From Camelus dromedarius (lineage: Eukaryota): a stretch of 64,000 nt of DNA. The notes under the pieces are model-generated. The model was given only the letters and a program-made list of their open reading frames with translations. It searched no databases and was not told the DNA's origin. The stretch lies in NCBI RefSeq assembly GCF_036321535.1, contig NC_087436.1:1922001-1986000 (forward strand). The letters are read 5' to 3'. This document shows, one piece after another, positions 53,920 to 64,000 of the stretch. A program made the position numbers and the translations under genes. The number at the start of each line of letters is the position of its first letter. Position 1 is the first letter of the stretch.

Positions 53920-56900
53920 CTAGGTGAAGGACGGCTTTCACACACACTTATCTCTCAGAACTGAGCATGTGGAGAGACGTTCGTTCACCTAGCAAAAATG
54001 GAACGAGTTGCAGTAGTAACTTTTACTCTGGTTTCCCAGTCTGTTTCCTAGTGCCATTTTGAAGTTCTTGCAGTTTTCACTGTAATACCGAGTTGGAGCT
54101 AGTACTTCCCATAAATATGTGTGAAATGGATTTTGCAACTGAAAAGAAACTTTGTGTTCCCAAGAAGCTAGGTGAAGGACGGCTTTCAAACACACTTATC
54201 TCTCAGATCTGAGCATGTGGAGAGACGTTCTTTTATAAAGCACAAAGGGAACGGGTTGCAGGAGAAACTTTTACTCTGTTTCTCAGTCTGTTTCCTAGTG
54301 CTGGTTTGAAGTTCCTGCAGTTTTCACTGTAAAACCGAGTTGGGGCTAGTACCTACCCTTATATATGTATGGAGTGGAGTTTGCATCTGAAAAGAAACAT
54401 TGTGTTCCCGACAAGCTAGGTGAAGGACGGCTTTCACACACACTTATCTCTCAGAACTGAGCATGTGAAGAGACGTTCGTTATAAATCACAAAGTGAACG
54501 GGTTGCAGGAGAAACTTTTACTCTGTTTCTCAGTCTGTTTCCTAGTGCCGGTTTGAAGTTCCTGCAGTTTTCACTGTAAAACCGAGTTGGGGATAGAACC
54601 TCCCCATATATATGTATGGAGTGGAGTTTGCAACTGAAAAGAAACTTTGTGTTCCCAACAAGCTAGGTGAAGGACGGCTTTCACACACACTTATCTCTCA
54701 GAACTGAGCATGTGGAGAGACGTTCGTTCAAAAATCACAAAGGGAACGGGTTGCAGGGGAAACTTTTACTCTGATTCCTCAGTCTGTTTCCTAGTGCCGT
54801 TTTGAAGTTCCTGCAGTTTTCACTGTAAAACCGAGTTGGAGCTAGTACCTCCCAATATATATTTATGGAGTGGAGTTGGCAACTGAAAAGAAACTTTGTG
54901 TTCCCAAAAAGCTAGGTGAAGGACGGCTTTCACACACACTTATCTCTCAGAACTGAGCATGTGGAGAGACGTTCGTTCACCTAGGAAAAAGGGAACGAGT
55001 TGCAGGTGTAACTTTTACTCTGGTTTCTCAGTATGTTTCCTAGTGCCATTTGGAAGTTCTTGCAGTTTTCACTGTAATACAGAGTTGGAGCTAGTACCTC
55101 CCCATATATATGTATGGAGTGGAGTTTGCAACTGAAAAGAAACTTTGTGTTCCCAAAAAGCTAGGTGAAGGACGGCTTTCACACACACTTATCTCTCAGA
55201 ACTGAGCATGTGGAGAGACGTTCGTTCACCTAGCAAAAATGGAACGAGTTGTAGTAGTAACTTTTACTCTGGTTTCCCAGTCTGTTTCCTAGTGCCATTT
55301 TGAAGTTTTTGCAGTTTTCACTGTAATACCGAGTTGGAGCTAGTACTTCCCATAAATATGTGTGAAATGGATTTTGCAACTGAAAAGAAACTTTGTGTTC
55401 CCAACAAGCTAGGTGAAGGACGGCTTTCACACACACTTATCTCTCAGCACTGAGCATGTGGAGAGACGTTCGTTTATAAAGCACAAAGGGAACGGGTTGC
55501 AGGAGAAACTTTTACTCTATTTCTCAGTCTGTTTGCTAGTGCCGGTTTGAAGTTCCTGCAGTTTTCACTGTAAAACCGAGTTGGAGCTAGTACCTCCCCT
55601 TATATATGTATGGATTGGAGTTTGCAACTGAAAAGAAACTTTGTGTTCCCAACAAGCTAGGTGAAGGACGGCTTTCACACACAATTATCTCTCAGAAATG
55701 AGCATGTGGAGAGACGTTCGTTCATCTAGCTCAAAGGGAACGGGTTGCAGGATAAACTTTTACTCTGGTTTCTCAGTCTGTTTCCTAGTGCCGGTTTGAA
55801 GTTCCTGCAGTTTTCACTCTAAAACCGTGTTGGAGCTAGTACCTCCCCATATATATTTATGGAGAGGAGTTTGCAACTGAAAAGAAACTTTGTGTTCCCA
55901 ACAAGCTAGGTGAAGTGCGGCTTTCACACCCAATTATCTCTCAGAAATGAGCATGTGGAGAGTCATTCTTTCATCTAGCACAAAGGGAAAGGTTTGCAGG
56001 AGAAAATTTTACTCTGGTTTCTCAGTCTGTTTCCTAGTGCCGGTTTGAAGTTCCTGCAGTTTTCACTGTAAAACCGAGTTGGAGCTTCTACCTCCCCATA
56101 TATATGTATGGAGTGGAGTTTGCAACTGAAAAGGAACTTTGTGTTCCCAACAAGCTAGGTGAAGGACGGCTTTCACACACAATTAACTCTTCAGAACTGA
56201 GCATGTGGAGAGACGTTTGTTCATAAAGCACAAAGGGAACGGGTTGCAGGGAAAACTTTTACTCTGGTTTCTCAGTCTGTTTCCTAGTGCCGGTTTGAAG
56301 TTCCTGCAGTTTTCCCTGTCAAACCGAGTTGGAGCTAGTACCTCCCCATATATATGTATGGAGTGGAGTTTGCAACTGAAAAGAAACTTTCTGTTCCCAA
56401 CAAGCTAGGTGAAGGACGGCATTCACACACACTTATCTCTCAGAACTGAGCATGTGGAGAGACGTTCGTTCACCTAGCAAAAATGGAACGAGTTGCAGGA
56501 GTAACTATTACTCTGGTTTCTCAGTCTGTTTCCGAGTGCAATTTTGAAGTTCTTGCAGTTTTCACTGTAATAACGAGTTGGAGCTAGTACCTCCCCATAA
56601 ATATTTGTGGAGTGGAATTTGCAACTGAAAAGAAACTTTGTGTTCCCAACAAGCTAGGTGAAGGACGGCTTTCACACACAATTATCTCTCAGAACTGAGC
56701 ATGTGGAGAGACGTTCGTTCACCTAGGAAAAAGGGATCGAGTTGCAGGTGTAACTTTTACTCTGGTTTCTCAGTATGTTTCCTAGTGCCATTTGGAAGTT
56801 CTTGCAGTTTTCACTGTAATACAGAGTTGGAGCTAGTACCTCCCCATATATATGTATGGAGTGGAGTTTGCAACTGAAAAGAAACTTTGTGTTCCCAAAA

Positions 56901-59030
56901 AGCTAGGTGAAGGACGGCTTTCACACACACTTATCTCTCAGAACTGAGCATGTGGAGAGACGTTCGTTCACCTAGCAAAAATGGAACGAGTTGCAGTAGT
57001 AACTTTTACTCTGGTTTCCCAGTCTGTTTCCTAGTGCCATTTTGAAGTTCTTGCAGTTTTCACTGTAATACCGAGTTGGAGCTAGTACTTCCCATAAATA
57101 TGTGTGAAATGGATTTTGCAACTGAAAAGAAACTTTGTGTTCCCAAGAAGCTAGGTGAAGGACGGCTTTCAAACACACTTATCTCTCAGATCTGAGCATG
57201 TGGAGAGACGTTCTTTTATAAAGCACAAAGGGAACGGGTTGCAGGAGAAACTTTTACTCTGTTTCTCAGTCTGTTTCCTAGTGCTGGTTTGAAGTTCCTG
57301 CAGTTTTCACTGTAAAACCGAGTTGGGGCTAGTACCTACCCTTATATATGTATGGAGTGGAGTTTGCATCTGAAAAGAAACATTGTGTTCCCGACAAGCT
57401 AGGTGAAGGACGGCTTTCACACACACTTATCTCTCAGAACTGAGCATGTGAAGAGACGTTCGTTATAAATCACAAAGTGAACGGGTTGCAGGAGAAACTT
57501 TTACTCTGTTTCTCAGTCTGTTTCCTAGTGCCGGTTTGAAGTTCCTGCAGTTTTCACTGTAAAACCGAGTTGGGGATAGAACCTCCCCATATATATGTAT
57601 GGAGTGGAGTTTGCAACTGAAAAGAAACTTTGTGTTCCCAACAAGCTAGGTGAAGGACGGCTTTCACACACACTTTTCTCTCAGAACTGAGCATGTGGAG
57701 AGACGTTCGTTCAAAAATCACAAAGGGAACGGGTTGCAGGGGAAACTTTTACTCTGATTCCTCAGTCTGTTTCCTAGTGCCGTTTTGAAGTTCCTGCAGT
57801 TTTCACTGTAAAACCGAGTTGGAGCTAGTACCTCCCAATATATATTTATGGAGTGGAGTTGGCAACTGAAAAGAAACTTTGTGTTCCCAAAAAGCTAGGT
57901 GAAGGACGGCTTTCACACACACTTATCTCTCAGAACTGAGCATGTGGAGAGACGTTCGTTCACCTAGGAAAAAGGGAACGAGTTGCAGGTGTAACTTTTA
58001 CTCTGGTTTCTCAGTATGTTTCCTAGTGCCATTTGGAAGTTCTTGCAGTTTTCACTGTAATACAGAGTTGGAGCTAGTACCTCCCCATATATATGTATGG
58101 AGTGGAGTTTGCAACTGAAAAGAAACTTTGTGTTCCCAAAAAGCTAGGTGAAGGACGGCTTTCACACACACTTATCTCTCAGAACTGAGCATGTGGAGAG
58201 ACGTTCGTTCACCTAGCAAAAATGGAACGAGTTGTAGAAGTAACTTTTACTCTGGTTTCCCAGTCTGTTTCCTAGTGCCATTTTGAAGTTTTTGCAGTTT
58301 TCACTGTAATACCGAGTTGGAGCTAGTACTTCCCATAAATATGTGTGAAATGGATTTTGCAACTGAAAAGAAACTTTGTGTTCCCAACAAGCTAGGTGAA
58401 GGACGGCTTTCACACACACTTATCTCTCAGAACTGAGCATGTGGAGAGACGTTCGTTCACCTAGCAAAAATGGAACGAGTTGTAGTAGTAACTTTTACTC
58501 TGGTTTCCCAGTCTGTTTCCTAGTGCCATTTTGAAGTTTTTGCAGTTTTCACTGTAATACCGAGTTGGAGCTAGTACTTCCCATAAATATGTGTGAAATG
58601 GATTTTGCAACTGAAAAGAAACTTTGTGTTCCCAACAAGCTAGGTGAAGGACGGCTTTCACACACACTTATCTCTCAGCACTGAGCATGTGGAGAGACGT
58701 TCGTTTATAAAGCACAAAGGGAACGGGTTGCAGGAGAAACTTTTACTCTATTTCTCAGTCTGTTTGCTAGTGCCGGTTTGAAGTTCCTGCAGTTTTCACT
58801 GTAAAATCGAGTTGGAGCTAGTACCTCCCCTTATATATGTATGGATTGGAGTTTGCAACTGAAAAGAAACTTTGTGTTCCCAACAAGCTAGGTGAAGGAC
58901 GGCTTTCACACACACTTATCTCTCAGAAATGAGCATGTGGAGAGACGTTCGTTCATCTAGCTCAAAGGGAACGGGTTGCAGGATAAACTTTTACTCTGGT
59001 TTCTCAGTCTGTTTCCTAGTGCCGGTTAGA
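53920..59030 (+). repeat. Block duplication at 12-monomer offset (2983 bp): ~53920-55790 vs ~56900-59030; second copy has one extra monomer
   Basis: ORF pairs 53989/56972 and 55230/58213 are offset by 2983. ORFs 58213 and 58461 are offset by 248. Shared CCCGACAAG, CATGTGAAG, GGGATAGAACC and CTCAGCACTG. Confidence 0.92.
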
Positions 59031-62000
59031 AGTTCCTGCAGTTTTCACTGTAAAATCGTTGGAGCTAGTACCTCCCCATATATATGTATGGAGTGGAGTT
59101 TGCATCTGAAAAGAAACTTTGTGTTCCCAACAAGCTAGGTGAAGATCGGCTTTCACACACATTTATCTCTCAGAACTGAGCATGTGGAGAGACGTTCGTT
59201 CATCAAGCACAATTGGAACTTGTTGCAGGAGAAACTTTTACTCTGGTTTCTCAATCTGTTTCCTAGTGCCGGTTTGAAGTTCCTGCAGTTTTCACTGTAA
59301 AACCGAGTTGGGGCTAGTACCTCCCCATATATATGTATGGAGTGGAGTTTGCAACTGAAAAGAAACTTGGTGTTCGCAACAAGCTAGGTGAAGGACGGCT
59401 TTCAAATACAATTATATCTCAGAACTGAGCATGTGGAGAGTCATTCGTTCATCTAGCACAAACGGAACGGGTTGCAGGAGAAACTTATACTCTGGTTTCT
59501 CAGTCTGTTTCCTAGTGCCGGTTTGAAGTTCCTGCAGTTTTCAATGTAAAACCGATTTGGGGCTAGTACCTCCCCATATATATATATGGAGTGGAGTTTG
59601 CAACTGAAAAGAAACTTTGTGTTCCCAACAAGTTAGTAGAAGGACGGCTTCACACACACTTATCTCTCAGAACTGATCATGTGGAGAGACGTTCGTTCAT
59701 AAAGCACAAAGGAAACGGGTTGCAGGAGAAATTTTTACTCTGTTTCTCAGTCTGTTTCCTAGTGCCGGTTTGAAGTTCCAGCATTTTTCACTGTAAAACC
59801 GAGTTGGAGCTAGTACCTTCCCATATATATGTATGGAGTGGAGTTTGCAACTGAAAAGAAACTTTGTGTTCCCAACAAGCTAGGTGAAGGACGGCTTTCA
59901 CACACACTTATCTCTCAGAACTGAGCACGTGGAGAGACGTTCGTTCATCTAGCAAAAAGGAACGGGTTGCAGGTGAAAGTTTTACTCTGGTTTCTCAGTC
60001 TGTTTCCTAGTGCCGGTTTGAAGTTCCTGCAGTTCTCTCTGTAAAACCGAGTTGGAGCTAGTACCTCCCCATATATATGTATGGAGTGGAGTTTGCAACT
60101 GAAAATAAACTTTGTGTTCCCAACAAGCTAGGTAAAGAACGGCTTTCACACACACTTATCTCTCAGAACTGAGCATGTGGAGAGACGTTTGTTCATCTAG
60201 CAAAAAGGGAACGGGTTGCAGGAGAAACTTGTACTCTGGTTTCTCAGTCTGTTTCCTAGTGCCCGTATGAAGTTCCTGCAGTTTTCACTGTTAAACCGAA
60301 TTGGAGCTAGTACCTCCCCATATATATGTATGGAGTGGAGTTTGCAACTGAAAAGAAACTTTGTGTTCCCAAAAAGCTAGGTGAAGGACGGCTTTCACAC
60401 ACACATATCTCTTAGAACTCAGCATGTGGAGAGACGTTCGTTCACCTAGCAAAAATGGAACGAGTTGCAGTAGTAACTTTTGCTCTGGTTTCTCAGTCTG
60501 TTTCCTAGTGCCATTTTGAAGTTCTTGCAGTTTTCACTGTAATACCGAGTTGGAGCTAGTACCTCCCCATATATATGTGTGGAGTGGATTTTGCAACTGA
60601 AAAGAAACATTGTGTTCCCAACAAGCTAGGTGAAGGACGGCTTTCACACACACTTATCTCTCAGAACTGAGCATGTTTAGAGACTTTCGTTCATCTAGCA
60701 TAAACGGAACGGGTTTCAGGAGAAACATTTACTCTGGTTTCTCAGTCTGTTTCCTAGTGCCGGTTTAAAGTTCCTGCAGTTTTCACTGTAAAACCGAGTT
60801 GGGGCTAGTACCTCCCCATATATATGTATTGAGTGGAGTTTGCAACTGAAAAGAAACTTTGTGTTCCCAACAAGCTAGGTGAACGGCGGCTTTCACACAC
60901 ATTTATCTCTCAGAACTGAGCATGTGGAGAGACGTTCGTTCACCTAGCAAAAATGGAACGAGTTGCAGTAGTAACTTTTACTCTGGTTTCTCAGTCTGTT
61001 TCCTAGTGCCATTTTGAAGTTCTTGCAGTTTTCACTGTAATACCGAGTTGGATCTAGTACCTCCTCATGAATATGTGTGGAGTGGATTTTGCAAATGAAA
61101 AGAAACTTTGTGTTCCCAACAAGCTAGGTGAAGGAAGCCTTTCACACACACTTATCTCTCAGAACTGAGCATGTGGAGATTCGTTCGTTCATCTAGCACA
61201 AAGGGAACGGGTTTCAGGGGAAACATTTACTCTGGTGTCTCAGTCTGTTTCCTAGTGCCGGTTTGAAGTTCCTGAAGTTTTCACTGTAAAACCGAGTTGG
61301 AGCTAGTACCTACCCATATATATGTATGGAGTGGAGTTTGCAACTGAAAAGAAACTTTGTGTTCCCAACAAGCTAGGTGAAGGACGGCTTTCACACACAC
61401 TTATCTCTCAGAACTGAGCATGAGGAGAGACGTTCGTTCATCAAGCACAAAGGGAACGGATTGCAGGAGAAACTTTTACTCTGTTTCTCAGTCTGTTTCC
61501 TAATGCCAGTTTGAAGTTCCTGCAGTTTTCATTGTAAAATCGATTTGGGGTAGTACCTACCCATATATATGTATGGAATGGAGTTTGCATCTGAAAAGAA
61601 ACTTTGTGTTCCCAAAAAGCTCGGTGAAGGACGGCTTTCACACACACTTATCTCTCAGAACTGAGCATGTTTAGAGACGTTCGTTCATCTAGCAAAAAGG
61701 GAACGGGTTGCAGGAGAAAGTATTTTTCTGGTATCTCAGTCTGTTTCATAGTGCCGGTTTGAAGTTCCTGCAGTTTTCTCTGTAAAACCGGGTTGGAGCT
61801 AGTACATCCCAATGTATATGTATGGAGTGGAGTTTGCAACTGAAAAGAAACTTTGTGTTCCCTACAAGCTAGGTGAAGTACGGCTTTCACACACACTTAT
61901 CTCTCAGAAATGAGCATGTGGAGAGACGTTCGTTCATCTAGCACAAATGGAACGGGTTGCAGGAGAAACTATTACTCTGGTTTCTCAGTCTGTTTCCTAG

Positions 62001-64000
62001 TGCCGGTATGAAGTTCAAGCAGTTTTCACTGTAAAACCGAGTTTTTGATAGTACCTCCCCATGTATATATATGGAGTGGAGTTTGCAACTGAAAAGGAAC
62101 TTTGTGTTCCCAAAAAGCTAGGTGAAGTATGGCTTTCACACACACTTATCTCTCAGAACTGAGCATGTGGAGAGACGTTCGTTCACCTACCAAAAATGGA
62201 ACGAGTTGCAGTAGTAACTTTTACTCTGGTTTCTCATTCTTTTTCCTAGTTTCGGTTTGAAATTCTTGCAGTTTTCACTGTAATACCGAGTTGGAGCTAG
62301 AACCTCCCCATAAATATGAGTGGAGTGGATTTTGCAACTGAAAGATTCTTTGTGTTCCCAACAAGCTAGGTGAAGGACGGCTTTCACACACACTTATCTC
62401 TCAGAACTGAGCATGTGGAGAGTCGTTCGTTCATCTAGCACAAAGGTAACGGGTTTCAGGAGAAACATTTACTCTGGTTTCTCAGTCTGTTTCCTAGTGC
62501 CGGTTTGAAGTACCTGCAGTTTTCACTGTAAAACCGAGTTGGAGCTAGTACCTCCCCATATATATGTATGGAGTGGAGTTTGCATCTGAAAAGAAATTTT
62601 TTGTTCCCCACAAGCTAGGTGAAGGACGGCTTTCACACACACTTATCTCTCAGAACTGAGCATGTGGAGAGACGTTCTTTCATCTAGCACAAAGGGAACG
62701 GGTTGCAGGAGAAACTTTTACTCTGGTTTCTCAGTCTGTTTCCTAGTGCCGGTTTGAAATTCCTGCAGTATTCTCTGTAAAACAGAGTTGGAGCTAGTAC
62801 CTCCCCATATATATGTATGGAGTGGAATTTGCAACTGAAAAGAAACTTTGTGTTCCCAACAAGCTAGTTGAAGTACGGCTTTCACACACACATATCTCTC
62901 AGAAATGAGCATGTGGAGAGACGTTCGTTCATCTAGCAAAAAGGGAACGGGTTGCAGGAGAAACTTTTACTCTGGTTTCTCAGTCCGTTTCCTAGTGCCG
63001 GTATGAAGTTCCTACAGTTTTCACTGTAAAACCGAGTTGGAGCTAGTACCTCCCCATATATATGTATGGAGTGGGCTTTGCAACTGAAAAGAAATTTTGT
63101 GTTCCCAAAAAGCTAGGTGAAGGACGGCTTTCACACACAATTATCTCTCAGAACTGAGCATGTGGAGAGACGTTCGTTCACCTTGCAAAAATTGAACGAG
63201 TTGCAGTAGTAACTTTTACTCTGGCTTCTCAGTCTGTTTCCTAGTGCCATTTTGAAGATCTTGCAGTTTTCACTGTAATACCGAGTTGGAGCTAGTACCT
63301 CCCCATAAATATGTGTGGACTGGATTTTGCAACTGAAAAGAAACTTTGTGTTCCCAACAAGCTAGTTGAAGTACGGCTTTCACACACATTTATCTCTCAG
63401 AACTGAGCATGTGGAGAGTCGTTCTTTCATCTAACACAAAGGGAACGGGTTTCAGGAGAAACATTTACTCTGGTTTCTCAGTCTGTTTCCTAGTGCCGGT
63501 TTGAAGTTCCTGAAGTTTTCACTGTAAAACCGAGTTGGTGCTGGTACCTACCCATATATATGTATGGAATGGAGTTTGCAACTGAAAAGAAACTTTGTGT
63601 TCCCAACAAGCTAGGTGAAGGACGGCATTTACACACACTTATCTCTCAGAACTGAGCATGTGGAGAGACGTTCGTTCATCAAGCACAAAGGGAACGGTTT
63701 GCAGGAGAAAATTTTACTCTGTTTCTCAGTCTGTTTCCTAGTACCGGTTTGAAGTTCCTGCAGTTTTCATTGTAAAACCGAGCTGGAACTAGTACCTCCC
63801 AATATATATGTATGGAGTGGAGTTTGCAACTGAAAATAAACATGTGTTCCCAACAAGCTAGTTGAAGGACGGCTTTCACACACACTTATTTCTCAGAAAT
63901 GAGCATGTGGAGAGACGTTCGTTCATCAAGCACAAAGGGAACGGGTTGCAGGAGAAACTTTTACTCTGTTTCTCAGTCTGTTTCCTAGTGCCGGTTTGAA

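Larger units (their letters stand above)
1..64000 (+). repeat. Tandem satellite DNA array, ~249-bp monomer, ~257 copies, single orientation, runs off both ends of the window
   Basis: The motif (C)TTTGTGTTCCC recurs at 1, 250, 499 and onward (period 249), and the same monomer continues to the last base. No non-repeat sequence was seen. Confidence 0.99.

Noticed and set aside
470..63885. The many short (60-85 aa) ORFs in the six-frame track
   Set aside because: Each spans about one monomer or less. They occur in several frames on both strands, open and close with random substitutions, and resemble no protein I recognise. I used them only as offset markers.
1..64000. CRISPR array or prokaryotic repeat system
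   Set aside because: There are no unique spacers, the whole 249 bp is repeated, and no cas or other genes are present.
1..64000. Transposon insertion, strand inversion or unique island
   Set aside because: None seen on reading through; monomer phase and orientation are continuous.

Overview
The whole 64 kb window is one uninterrupted head-to-tail tandem satellite array. The monomer is ~249 bp (248-bp and occasional 247/251-bp indel variants occur), about 45% GC by hand count of the consensus, with roughly 257 copies, all on the same strand. My read consensus is CTTTGTGTTCCCAACAAGCTAGGTGAAGGACGGCTTTCACACACACTTATCTCTCAGAACTGAGCATGTGGAGAGACGTTCGTTCATCTAGCACAAAGGGAACGGGTTGCAGGAGAAACTTTTACTCTGGTTTCTCAGTCTGTTTCCTAGTGCCGGTTTGAAGTTCCTGCAGTTTTCACTGTAAAACCGAGTTGGAGCTAGTACCTCCCCATATATATGTATGGAGTGGAGTTTGCAACTGAAAAGAAA. 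I saw no genes, RNA genes, transposon insertions, inversions or unique DNA. All listed ORFs are chance translations of the monomer. The array looks like eukaryotic (peri)centromeric or heterochromatic satellite, but I cannot name the family or species. The information lies in the variants: near-identical block duplications at offsets of 1, 3, 4, 6, 7, 12, 13, 17, 19 and 25 monomers, chimeric monomers at junctions, recurring monomer subtypes, and an apparently nested layout in which the two ends of the window are related and enclose a younger central domain. Block boundaries were read by eye and are approximate (about +/-100 bp). Offsets were taken from exact marker positions.
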